IMG/VR virus record: IMGVR_UViG_2531839180_000004
Span: 1-35,494 of that record
Source of the DNA: a virus
Lineage: Duplodnaviria; Heunggongvirae; Uroviricota; Caudoviricetes
DNA: 35,494 bases
Direction: 5' to 3' (one strand)
A program made the position numbers and the translations under genes. Below the pieces are notes generated by a model. The model was not told the DNA's origin. It saw only the letters and a list, made by a program, of their open reading frames with translations, and searched no databases. This document shows positions 1 to 8,678 of the stretch, piece by piece; the stretch's first letter is position 1, and the number at the start of each line of letters is the position of its first letter.

Positions 1-141
1 TTACTGCTTACACTGTAAGAACGCCGCAAACTCCGCTCCCCAGAAGCTCATCCGTATTTCACACAGCGAACCGTGCAACATCCAGATGATGAGGATTGCC
101 GTCACGCAGAACGTGATGGCCGTAAGCGATTTTTGCGACAT
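1..141 (-). CDS. Hok/Gef-family type I toxin (46 aa, single TM helix)
   Basis: Hand translation of the reverse complement of 1-141 gives MSQKSLTAITFCVTAILIIWMLHGSLCEIRMSFWGAEFAAFLQCKQ. It has a hydrophobic N-terminus plus LCEIR and EFAAF motifs like Hok LCE(V/L)R and E(V/L)AAF. Below the ORF-track length cutoff. Confidence 0.5.
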   Translation of the reverse strand: MSQKSLTAITFCVTAILIIWMLHGSLCEIRMSFWGAEFAAFLQCKQ

Positions 142-271
142 AGCACTTGCTCCTTTTCCGGAGAGGCGCTAACCTTTCACTTGTCAAGGTAATGCGGTTA
201 GGGCCTCGGTTAAACAGAGATGTTTTCCGGGGCCTTTCCACATCTGGCCTTCGGGTATTCCCTCCGACCAT
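59..271 (-). CDS. mok-like overlapping reading frame (70 aa) covering the hok start
   Basis: 70-codon ORF in another frame overlapping the hok-like gene, the same arrangement and size as mok of hok/sok loci. Could also be a spurious ORF. Confidence 0.3.
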   Translation of the reverse strand: MVGGNTRRPDVERPRKTSLFNRGPNRITLTSERLAPLRKRSKCYVAKIAYGHHVLRDGNPHHLDVARFAV

Positions 272-331
272 CAGCCGAAAGGCACCCGCGCGTAATCTAT
301 CGCTTTTTTGTTAATCCGGCAATTCTGCCTG

Positions 332-592
332 TTAGTTCTGAGGTAAAGGCAAACTCATCTGATTGTTTCCCCTGTGTGAAGCTGGCAGCTCATGCCACGG
401 GATACCTTCTGAAGAGTGAACGGCGGAGGCGTGTTTTGATGTGAATTTATGGAAGGCTTCCAGTGTTGAGAAGCATACGCCGCATTCCAGGTTGTTACAC
501 TGGTAATACTTTTGCCGCACGGTGTTTGAATCATTTTCCGGACGACTGGTGCGGATTCGGGCAGATGCGCCACAAAGCGGACAACGGAACAT
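332..592 (-). CDS. ogr: Ogr/Delta-type zinc-finger late-gene transcription activator
   Basis: Internal Met of ORF 332..652 gives MFRCPLCGASARIRTSR...YYQCNNLECGVCF, a C-x2-C...C-x4-C finger like P2 Ogr MFHCPLC...HQCQNVNCS. Start at 592 chosen by homology. Confidence 0.8.
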   Translation of the reverse strand: MFRCPLCGASARIRTSRPENDSNTVRQKYYQCNNLECGVCFSTLEAFHKFTSKHASAVHSSEGIPWHELPASHRGNNQMSLPLPQN

Positions 593-660
593 AGCGACCT
601 CCCTTAAATGTAGTAGTGCTGCTATTCTATGTTGTACTGGTTCAGACTCCAACTGACAGT

Positions 661-690
661 TTGCATAGATACACGGTTAAGTAATTAAAT
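661..690 (+). promoter_or_regulatory. candidate sigma70-like promoter for the cargo gene (TTGCAT ... TAATTA)
   Basis: TTGCAT followed about 15 nt later by TAATTA, 20-45 bp upstream of the ATG at 711. Judged by eye only. Confidence 0.25.
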
Positions 691-710
691 CATTCAAAAT
701 CGGGATAAAA

Positions 711-2147
711 ATGAGCACACATGAAATAGCTAGCACACAAGCACAAGGGCAACTCGTATCAACAGATTTCAATCGATTCGAGCAATTTTTGGAGTCGCTT
801 GGATTACCAAAAGAAAATGTTCTTGCTTCAACGATGGAGCGTCAGGTTGTCCAAACAAACTTTCCTCAGTTTGTGATGGCGTTACCAGAAGACGTTAAGC
901 GTGACTCTAGATATTTGTCCAAATTTGCAGCAGCAAGTGCTATTGGTTTGTTTGATGCTGCCTTGAATTATGTCTGGAACGAAGTTGTACTTAACTTACG
1001 AAGAAAGACAGTTATTTATGGTTTGGAACTTTTTTTTGATGCTGCCGTTGGTGGTAAACATAGAGATCTATTTAGTACTGAAAGTGACTTAAGTGGTATT
1101 AAAGATAAAGTTCTTCTTGATAATTGCGCTAAATTAGAATTGATCTCCGACTCAATTTATAAAAAACTCACCCATATTTTAATTATGCGCAATGATCTTG
1201 GTGCCAGTCATCCTAATGATGCGAAAATCAATGCTTATGAACTGATGGGGTGGTTGCAAACATGTGTTCAAGAAGTTATCAATGACACACCTTCAGAGGC
1301 TGCACTGCAAGTTAAGGCTTTTGTTGAGAATCTGCGAAATCAAACTGAAGTCATCAGTAGCTCTAGTTTGCAGCATATGAAAAATGGGCTCAAACAGCTA
1401 CACACAAGAAATTGTGATAATGTCCTTCAGACAATCTTCGGTATGTATATTGGTGCTGGTGCAAATAACATCCTTAAGAAAAATATATCTGAAATTGCTC
1501 CAACAGTTTGGGAATGTGCAGATAATAATATTAAATATAAACTAGGTGTTGCGCTTGATGGTTATCGAACCAACTTGCACAATGATAAATTTTTAGCAGG
1601 TAACGAGTTTTTCGAATTTTGCTCTGGTAATAAATTTAAAACCCTTGAGGCTAGGGTTATTCTGCTTGATGAATATCTGGATGATTTAAGTTCTGCTCAC
1701 AGCGGTTGGGATAATTTCTATAATGAAGTTCCTCATGCTAGGAAAATGTTAAGTTACATTTCCAATGAATCGGATATTCCTAATGAACGTAAAGAAAAAT
1801 TAATTCGTATAATTCTATCGTGTCGTATTGGTAATGGTGTTTCTTATAACACTGGTGTTTCTCCTTTAGGCAAACCCATATACGATTCAATATTGAATAT
1901 GCTGGGCGATGATAATATCGTTCAAGTTATCATTGCATTCTATAATCAAGAGATTTACCACTTATTATCTAACAAAAACTGTAGAAAACATGCTGTGCAA
2001 ATTCTAACGGATATAAGAACTAATGTTGTTAGTGATAAGCTCAAGCAAATCTTAGATTATCTGATTGTAAATGGTGATACTTTGGAAAAAACTATGAAAA
2101 CCACTGAATTTAAAGCTCTAGCATCAAGTCATATAAAATTTAGTTAA
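711..2147 (+). CDS. hypothetical 478-aa cargo protein, AT-rich, orphan; possible HEPN-like abortive-infection protein
   Basis: Long intact ORF with ATG at 711. Markedly AT-rich compared with the flanking phage genes. No Walker or other enzymatic motif seen except RNDLGASH (R-x6-H). Inserted between ogr and D, which are adjacent in P2. Confidence 0.8.
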   Translation: MSTHEIASTQAQGQLVSTDFNRFEQFLESLGLPKENVLASTMERQVVQTNFPQFVMALPEDVKRDSRYLSKFAAASAIGLFDAALNYVWNEVVLNLRRKTVIYGLELFFDAAVGGKHRDLFSTESDLSGIKDKVLLDNCAKLELISDSIYKKLTHILIMRNDLGASHPNDAKINAYELMGWLQTCVQEVINDTPSEAALQVKAFVENLRNQTEVISSSSLQHMKNGLKQLHTRNCDNVLQTIFGMYIGAGANNILKKNISEIAPTVWECADNNIKYKLGVALDGYRTNLHNDKFLAGNEFFEFCSGNKFKTLEARVILLDEYLDDLSSAHSGWDNFYNEVPHARKMLSYISNESDIPNERKEKLIRIILSCRIGNGVSYNTGVSPLGKPIYDSILNMLGDDNIVQVIIAFYNQEIYHLLSNKNCRKHAVQILTDIRTNVVSDKLKQILDYLIVNGDTLEKTMKTTEFKALASSHIKFS

Positions 2148-2162
2148 TAAATTCTAAGTCTT

Positions 2163-2194
2163 CAAAAAAGGTCACAGATTTGCTATCTGTGGCC
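2163..2194 (-). terminator. hairpin terminator downstream of D (A-run on + strand gives a U-tract on the - strand transcript)
   Basis: GGTCACAGAT-TTGCT-ATCTGTGGCC stem-loop (one G-U position) preceded on the + strand by AAAAAA. Confidence 0.4.
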
Positions 2195-2330
2195 TGAGGC
2201 GGACGCCTTAGTGAGGTGCCACGTACCATAAATATCAAGTAAATCATTACAAATATTTTTTAGCGTGAGTGTATTCTTAAGTCCGGCGTAACTATTCTGT
2301 ATTTATCTTTTTCATGGTATCTATGGTTTA

Positions 2331-3440
2331 TCATTCTGTTTCTGCTATCCATTCCGGGATTTTTGCCTCAAGCTCAAGCTGCGTGGTAAAGCCGCTGTTA
2401 TCAATGGTGTGCTCAGCTTTTGCAATAATCCAGTCCTGATTATCAATCTCGCTTTTAAATCCTGTTACCGTGCCATGCATTTCGGGGTAGAGTTCTGCGC
2501 GTCCGCGTGCCAGTGTGATGGAGAATGATGCGGCTCCGCGTTGTAGCTGCTGCCACTTTGCCGCCGCTGCGCGTCTTGCTGCCTGCTCGTTCTGATAAGT
2601 CTTGCGTAACACAAACACATTGCCTTCCGCGCCTTCCATATAATCACCTTCACGGCTGCTGCTTTTCTCCTTTTTGGGTTTTGGCGGTTTACGGCGTTTC
2701 ACGCTGACTTTTTTCTTTTTCCCGTAATTAAGATCAAGCCAGTAGGCGCGTACCCCCGTATACGCCTCGCGGTCAGCAATGCGGAACTGATGGCGATCGC
2801 CGCTGCTGCGTGTAATGGCGAACGAGGGTAACGGCTGACCCTGTGCGTTCACGCCACCGCCGGGCATGATGAATAACAGATTGCCGCTTTTTACCGTGGC
2901 GATTGCGCCCAGCATTTCCGCCATGCGCGTAAGGAAGGACATGTCGCTTTCTTCGGTCTGGTCGGCGTGGTCGATTTCGATATCCATCAGCATTTCGCTG
3001 ATTTGCGGTTTCAGACCATACCGATGAGCGATGGCGGATACCACACGCTCAACGGTCACATCATGCCAGGACACCTCACGTTTAACGTTAAATTCATCCC
3101 GAAAATCTGCGCTTCTGGCTGAAACAGTCAGCCTGTCCGGCGGTCCTTCGTGAGCGATTTCATCAACAATGTAAGTGCCTTTTTCTGTCAGCGGTTCTCC
3201 TTTCCAGCCAATGAGAACCGTCAGGCGCGCGCCCCGTGGCGGTAGCTGCAACTGACCATCCGCATCATCCAGCGTGATGGTGAGCTGGTCCGCCTCAAAT
3301 CCCCGGTTGTCGGTCAGTGACAGGCTCATCAGGCGCTCTGCCACACCTGACAGCGTTTTACCCTCCGCGAGAATATCAAAATCCGGCATTTTCACGGGGT
3401 CTGTGCCCTGACTGAGCAATTGCATGGTGGTGTCGGTCAT
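2331..3440 (-). CDS. D: tail protein D (late control gene D family, baseplate hub/VgrG-like)
   Basis: 369 aa from the internal Met MTDTTMQLL, preceded by a GGGAGGGA Shine-Dalgarno. Size and sequence fit the Phage_GPD family; the ORF-track start at 3572 would leave only 25 bp to FI. Confidence 0.85.
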   Translation of the reverse strand: MTDTTMQLLSQGTDPVKMPDFDILAEGKTLSGVAERLMSLSLTDNRGFEADQLTITLDDADGQLQLPPRGARLTVLIGWKGEPLTEKGTYIVDEIAHEGPPDRLTVSARSADFRDEFNVKREVSWHDVTVERVVSAIAHRYGLKPQISEMLMDIEIDHADQTEESDMSFLTRMAEMLGAIATVKSGNLLFIMPGGGVNAQGQPLPSFAITRSSGDRHQFRIADREAYTGVRAYWLDLNYGKKKKVSVKRRKPPKPKKEKSSSREGDYMEGAEGNVFVLRKTYQNEQAARRAAAAKWQQLQRGAASFSITLARGRAELYPEMHGTVTGFKSEIDNQDWIIAKAEHTIDNSGFTTQLELEAKIPEWIAETE

Positions 3441-3496
3441 CTGCTCCCTCCCTGTGCGGCATGGTCGCATGTGCGTGCGGAGGGGGTTACTGCTTT

Positions 3497-3520
3497 TTGT
3501 TGTCGCCTGGTCGGGAGAAC
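3497..3520. promoter_or_regulatory. candidate late-promoter activator site (TTGTTGT-N12-AGAAC) in the D/FI divergent region
   Basis: Motif centred about 55-60 bp upstream of the expected FI transcript start. A near-identical motif occurs between O and P at 20405-20429. Confidence 0.3.
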
Positions 3521-3597
3521 GGCGCAGGGGTGAGATTACGCGCGTGGTGGGTGATGATTGTTGCCGAATCATTTAACGGATACAAGGGGCTGAAGCT

Positions 3598-4782
3598 ATG
3601 AGTGAAACTCGTTTTCATGGTGCCCGTGTTACGGAAAGTACCGACCTGGTAACAGCGATTAATGATGTTGATTCCAGTGTTATCGGTATCGTGGCAACGG
3701 CGGATGATGCGGATGCGGAGCTGTTCCCGCTGAACAAGCCCACACTGCTGACCCGCGTCAATGACGTGCTGGGAAAATGCGGAACAACGGGGACGCTTTA
3801 TCGTGCGCTTAAGGCCATCGCAGACCAGGTGAGCACAAAGGTGATCGTCGTTCGCGTGGCTGAACACAAAGAAGAAGACGGAAAAACGCAGGATCAACTG
3901 GTTATCGGTGGTTCTGAATCTGACGGCAGCTATACGGGGATGTATGCGCTGCTTGTTGCAGAGCAGGATGAAAGCATCGGATACCGTCCGCGTATTCTGG
4001 CCGCGCCGGAGCTGGACACGGAGGCGGTAACAAAATCCCTGTGCGTGATTGCGGGTAAACTGCGCGCGTTTGTCTATGCCTCATGTCACGGCTGTAACAC
4101 GATGGCTGAGGCGATTACCTACCGCCAGAAATTCAACGAACGTGAGGTGATGCTCTTATGGCCGGACTTCATCGCCTACAACCCGAAAAGTGGCAAAAAC
4201 GAAACGTTCCCCGCGCCTGCCTATGCGTGCGGCCTTCGTGCGTACATTGACCATGAGCAGGGCTGGCACAAATCGCTGTCCAACGTTCCGGTTAAAAATG
4301 TGCTGGGGATGTCCAGGCATGTGTTCTGGTCGTTGCAGGCCGAAGACAGTGATGCCAACAGCCTCAACAACAAAGAAATCACGACCATTATTCGTCGCAA
4401 CGGGTTCCGCTTCTGGGGCAACCGCACACCGGAAACGAACGCCTACATCTTTGAGGTGTATACCCGAACCGCACAGGTGCTGGCTGATTCAATTGCGGAA
4501 GCGCAGTTTGAAACCATCGACAGTCCACTGACGCCTGCGAACGTGAAAGATGTTATCAGTGCCATCAGGGCAAAACTGGATTCACTGGTTACTGCCGGGA
4601 AACTGATTGGGGCGTCGTGCTGGTATGACGTGGTGGATAACGGCACCACGAATTTACGTCAGGGGCGCGTGCGTATTCGCTACAAATATACGCCTGTTCC
4701 CCCGCTGGAAGACATGGAGCTTTACCAGTCGTTTACTGATGAATTCTTTGGTCCCGCATTTGCGGTGCTGGGAGGTGCCTGA
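3598..4782 (+). CDS. FI: tail sheath protein FI
   Basis: 394 aa; FPLNKP, RPRILA, WPDF, GWHK and RRNGFRFWGNRT blocks align with P2 FI. Confidence 0.95.
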   Translation: MSETRFHGARVTESTDLVTAINDVDSSVIGIVATADDADAELFPLNKPTLLTRVNDVLGKCGTTGTLYRALKAIADQVSTKVIVVRVAEHKEEDGKTQDQLVIGGSESDGSYTGMYALLVAEQDESIGYRPRILAAPELDTEAVTKSLCVIAGKLRAFVYASCHGCNTMAEAITYRQKFNEREVMLLWPDFIAYNPKSGKNETFPAPAYACGLRAYIDHEQGWHKSLSNVPVKNVLGMSRHVFWSLQAEDSDANSLNNKEITTIIRRNGFRFWGNRTPETNAYIFEVYTRTAQVLADSIAEAQFETIDSPLTPANVKDVISAIRAKLDSLVTAGKLIGASCWYDVVDNGTTNLRQGRVRIRYKYTPVPPLEDMELYQSFTDEFFGPAFAVLGGA

Positions 4783-5294
4783 TGGCTGTACCAAAACATC
4801 TTCGCTTTTTTACGCTGTTTGTGGATGGTGAAAACGAAGTGGGTAAGGTGACGTCCGTCACTCTGCCTAAGCTGACGCGCAAAACCGACAGCTACCGGGG
4901 TGGTGGCATGATGGGTGCGGTAAGTATTGATCTCGGTCTGGACGACTCCGCGCTTGATGCGAGCTTTGTCATGGGGGGCGCAGTTCGTGAGCTGTTCCTT
5001 AAGTATGGCGGCACGATTGACGGCACGCTGCTGCGTTTTGCGGGTGAATACTACACCGATGCAGAAAGCGACCTGTATGAAGTCGAAATGCGCGGACGTG
5101 TGACGGAAATTGATATGGGGGAAGCCAAACAGGGCGAAGCCACATCACACACTTACGCCATTAAAAACACCTACTACAAGCTGAGTGTTAACGATCGCCC
5201 GTTGTGGGAGATTGACCTGCTGAACTTCATTTACCGGAAGGACGGCAAGGACATTGTGCCCGATCGCATCCGTTCCGCGCTCGGGCTTGGCTGA
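4782..5294 (+). CDS. FII: tail tube protein FII
   Basis: 170 aa; VTLPKLTRKTDSYRGGGM closely matches P2 FII. The start overlaps the FI stop. Confidence 0.95.
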   Translation: MAVPKHLRFFTLFVDGENEVGKVTSVTLPKLTRKTDSYRGGGMMGAVSIDLGLDDSALDASFVMGGAVRELFLKYGGTIDGTLLRFAGEYYTDAESDLYEVEMRGRVTEIDMGEAKQGEATSHTYAIKNTYYKLSVNDRPLWEIDLLNFIYRKDGKDIVPDRIRSALGLG

Positions 5295-5348
5295 TAAGTA
5301 ATATGCAGGCGGCGCAGTGCGTCGCCTCTGACTGAAAGGAGTTTCCTG

Positions 5349-5714
5349 ATGAAAGAGACGAAAAACATCGATACCGAAAACACGGTAGTTACTGACACTG
5401 TGAAAGAAACCAGTGAGCGTGGCGTAAAACTTACCCAACCAATTGAGCGAGGCGGCGAAAAAATCACGTATGTGGAGATCACCGGGGCTATTGAGCAGGC
5501 TGGATCTCTGCGAGATTTGTCGCTGTCTGATGTGCTGAATCTGAAAGCGGAATCCATGTTTACGCTGCTGTCACGCGTGACATCACCGCGACTGGATGAA
5601 GTGACAATCAAAAAAATGGCATCCCGTGACTTTATTCAGTTATGTGCGGTTGCCGTAAATTTTTTGAGCGGTGCGGACTCTGGCGGGAAGAACGAACAGG
5701 CGACGGAAGCCTGA
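5349..5714 (+). CDS. E: tail assembly chaperone E
   Basis: 121 aa; C-terminal part aligns with P2 E and ends ...AVAVNFLS just after the slippery site. Confidence 0.85.
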   Translation: MKETKNIDTENTVVTDTVKETSERGVKLTQPIERGGEKITYVEITGAIEQAGSLRDLSLSDVLNLKAESMFTLLSRVTSPRLDEVTIKKMASRDFIQLCAVAVNFLSGADSGGKNEQATEA

Positions 5715-5878
5715 TCACGGTTGTGTGCTTTGAGCACATAGAAGACTTTGTGGCGGATATTGCCGCCATTTTTAACTGGTCGCCCGCCGAAATCTTCATG
5801 ATGACGCCCGGCGAAGTGGTTAGCTGGCGTGAGCGGGCGGCACTTCGCAGCGGGAATGCAGACAATGAAGACTCTTGA
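5349..5878 (+). CDS. E': E+E' tail chaperone fusion made by programmed -1 ribosomal frameshift (slip site near 5658-5667)
   Basis: AAATTTTTTG slippery run near the 3' end of E. The -1 frame continues as FFERCGLW...FNWSPAEIFMMTPGEVVSW, typical of E'. ORF-track frame 5642..5878 is -1 relative to E. Confidence 0.7.
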
Positions 5879-8672
5879 TATCCGGGTCGCTTTCAGCGCC
5901 GTTGACAGGCTGACCCGGCCTGCCGAAAACGCCCGCCGCCTGATGGGGCAGTTTGGTGACTCCATCCAGCGAACGCAGGGGGCGATCAAAAATCTCGAGC
6001 GTCAGGCGCGATCATTTGAGCGCGCCCGCGACGCTGTCAGTAAAGCGGATGCGGGTATCGTGAAAGCACGACGCCAGCTTAACGCCCTTAATCAGTTACA
6101 ACGCACGGGTACAGTGCTCAGCGAAAAACAACAAAAGCTGATGCAGCAGTTAAGCAACCGGCTTGAACGCCTGAATGAATCGCGCACACGGGAAATTCAG
6201 AAAATGCGGGAGCTTGGCGGAGAACTGAAACGCCACGGCATTTCCCTGACAGGCAGCGATAGCACCATCCAGCAGGCCATCAGACGCACCGAACAGTACA
6301 ACAACCAGCTTGAACGCGAACGGCAGGCGCTTGCGCGTGTAACACGTGCGCGTGAGCGGTATTCGCGCGCGCAGGAAACCGCGGGAAAACTGAAAACAGG
6401 TGGTGCGCTGGCAATTGGTGCGGCAGCGGCTGGCAGCTATGCTGCCGGGCGTTTTTTGCAGCCTGCGATCGGGTTCGGGAAAGAGATGTCCCGCGTTCAG
6501 GCACTGACGCGAATCGACCAGAACAGCCCGCAGTTTAAGGCGCTGCGTGAACAGGCGTTAAAACTTGGCTCTGAAACGCAGTTCACTGCAGGCGAGGCCG
6601 CCAGTGGGCAGGCATTTCTTGCAATGGCTGGCTTCACACCGCAGGCCATTCAGGCTGCGCTTCCCGGCGTGCTGAGCATGGCAACGGCTGGCGGTATGGA
6701 TCTCGGCGAGACGGCGGATATTGGCTCAAATATCCTGACGCAGTTCGGCCTTTCTGCTGACCAGATGGACCGGGTCGGTGACACACTCACCGCAGCGTTT
6801 ACTCGTACCAACACTGACCTTCGCGCACTGGGCGAAACCATGAAATATGCAGGTCCGGTGGCGGGTAAGCTGGGAATATCGCTGGAGCAGGCCGCAGCGA
6901 TGGCGGGCGTGCTGGCGAATATGGGTATCAGGGGGAGTGATGCTGGTACGGCAATGCGTGCCAGCCTGGCTCGTCTGGCATCACCGCCAAAGGCGGCAGC
7001 AGAGGCGCTGAAAGAGCTTGGCGTGTCTGTCTCGGATGCTGGGGGCAAAATGCGCCCGATGGAGGATGTGCTGGCTGACCTTTATAAAGCTACCCGCAAA
7101 TACGGGGAAGTTGACCGGGTATCGTTCTTTAAGGACATTGCCGGAGAAGAGGCTTTCACATCATTTATGGCCCTCGTTGATGCGGCAGGTGACGGCTCCT
7201 TACCCAAACTGAGAAAAGAACTTGAAGGCGCGCGCGGTGAGGCTGAACGCACGGCAAAGGTTATGGCCAACAACCTTGACGGCGATCTGAAATCACTCAG
7301 CAGTGCATGGGAAGGGTTGCGCATCCGCATTGCAGATCTGATTGACGGTCCGCTGCGTTCTGTCACGCAGTGGCTCACGCGTGTGGTATCAAAGGTGACG
7401 GCGCTGGCGCAGGCCCATCCCGCACTGACGCGCCAGCTACTGATTGCAGGCGGTGCACTGCTGGCAATGACTGCAACGGTTGGCTCGTTGTCGCTGGCTA
7501 TTGGTGTGCTTGCTGGCCCGCTGGCAAAACTGCGTCTTGGTTTTTCCCTCCTGACCGGATCAATGAATGCTGTCAGGGTTCTGCCAGCACTATGGGGAAT
7601 GGTGACGGGTTCCGTTTCTTTACTGGGAGGCGCTATCGGGGCGTTGTTCAGTCCGGTTGGTCTTATCGTGGCTGCGCTTGCCGGAGCTGCCGTTCTTATC
7701 TGGAAATACTGGGATCCCATCAGGGCATTTTTTGCCGGGGTGTTCAGCGGGATTATGGAAAGGCTGACCCCGTTGCGCGAAACCTTTGAACGGTTTGGTC
7801 CTGTTTTTGACGCAATCGGGAGTGGGATCAGCCAGGTGTTTAACTGGTTTAAATCGCTGCTGTCACCGATGGAGTCCAGCAAGGAAACTCTGGATAAATG
7901 TACCAGTGCTGGCGAGATATTCGGTAACGTTCTTGGCGGTGCGTTACAACTTGTTCTGACACCTGCAAAAATGTTGCTGGATACGCTGGCGTGGATACTT
8001 GAAAAGCTTGGTGTGCTTCCGGATGAAGCGGAAAGGGCGCGCAAGAAAATCGAAGACGCACAGCGTGCGGCCATTCTTCAGGACAAGGTTGCCTTGCTTC
8101 AGGGGGACCTGGCGAAAATCAATCCGCCGAAGCCTGTGGAAAATGGCAATGGCACCGGAGGTGATAACCCCAAAGACAATAAACCGCTCACAGATAGCAA
8201 TACCGGTACGCTGCGCAGACTCAGCAAAATTGCTGATAACACAGGTAAGCTGGTTGAGGAGACGAAAAAACGCATTGGCCCCGGCGATATTGTCTTTAAA
8301 AACCTGCCCCGAGCACTTGCTGTTCGTGGGGAGTGGCAGGAGCGGAAGATTGCGCAGGTCAGTAAGCCTGCCCCCGCAATTAATATCACACCCGTGGTCC
8401 CGGCTCCGCTGCCTCCGGCGCTGGTCCCTGTTGTTGCGGCCAGCTCCCGCCCGGTGGCGGAGGCTATACGATCGCCAGTGGCATCAGTTCCTGTAACTTC
8501 CCGTAACCGCGAGCCTGTTGCCTCCGGATTTGGTGGTGAAATTCATGTTCATCTGCATAACGTTGTTACGCAGAATCCCCGCGAACTGGCGAAACTGGTC
8601 GGTGAAATGGTCAGGGCAGAAATGGAACGGCGCGCCCGTGCCGGGCGTGGCAGTTTTTACGATAAAGATTGA
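5865..8672 (+). CDS. T: tail tape measure protein T
   Basis: Long Ala/Gly-rich protein with coiled-coil N-terminus and hydrophobic central segments, in the T position after E'. Start at MKTLDIRV chosen for its weak GGGAA Shine-Dalgarno (ORF track starts at 5829). Confidence 0.9.
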   Translation: MKTLDIRVAFSAVDRLTRPAENARRLMGQFGDSIQRTQGAIKNLERQARSFERARDAVSKADAGIVKARRQLNALNQLQRTGTVLSEKQQKLMQQLSNRLERLNESRTREIQKMRELGGELKRHGISLTGSDSTIQQAIRRTEQYNNQLERERQALARVTRARERYSRAQETAGKLKTGGALAIGAAAAGSYAAGRFLQPAIGFGKEMSRVQALTRIDQNSPQFKALREQALKLGSETQFTAGEAASGQAFLAMAGFTPQAIQAALPGVLSMATAGGMDLGETADIGSNILTQFGLSADQMDRVGDTLTAAFTRTNTDLRALGETMKYAGPVAGKLGISLEQAAAMAGVLANMGIRGSDAGTAMRASLARLASPPKAAAEALKELGVSVSDAGGKMRPMEDVLADLYKATRKYGEVDRVSFFKDIAGEEAFTSFMALVDAAGDGSLPKLRKELEGARGEAERTAKVMANNLDGDLKSLSSAWEGLRIRIADLIDGPLRSVTQWLTRVVSKVTALAQAHPALTRQLLIAGGALLAMTATVGSLSLAIGVLAGPLAKLRLGFSLLTGSMNAVRVLPALWGMVTGSVSLLGGAIGALFSPVGLIVAALAGAAVLIWKYWDPIRAFFAGVFSGIMERLTPLRETFERFGPVFDAIGSGISQVFNWFKSLLSPMESSKETLDKCTSAGEIFGNVLGGALQLVLTPAKMLLDTLAWILEKLGVLPDEAERARKKIEDAQRAAILQDKVALLQGDLAKINPPKPVENGNGTGGDNPKDNKPLTDSNTGTLRRLSKIADNTGKLVEETKKRIGPGDIVFKNLPRALAVRGEWQERKIAQVSKPAPAINITPVVPAPLPPALVPVVAASSRPVAEAIRSPVASVPVTSRNREPVASGFGGEIHVHLHNVVTQNPRELAKLVGEMVRAEMERRARAGRGSFYDKD

Positions 8673-8678
8673 GGAGTC

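Noticed and set aside
332-652. Extended 106-aa form of the Ogr ORF starting at MESEPVQ
   Set aside because: The zinc-finger homology begins at the internal Met (MFRCPLC); the upstream 20 codons have no homology and are probably untranslated leader.
711-2147. Confident HEPN RNase assignment for the 478-aa cargo protein
   Set aside because: It rests on a single R-x6-H match, which is expected by chance at about one occurrence in a protein this size; kept only as a hypothesis within the finding.
7082-8074. 330-aa - strand ORF inside the tape measure gene (similar antisense ORFs at 6280-7048)
   Set aside because: Antisense to a confidently assigned gene; Ala/Ser/Pro/Arg-rich composition typical of GC-rich antisense frames; no start context.
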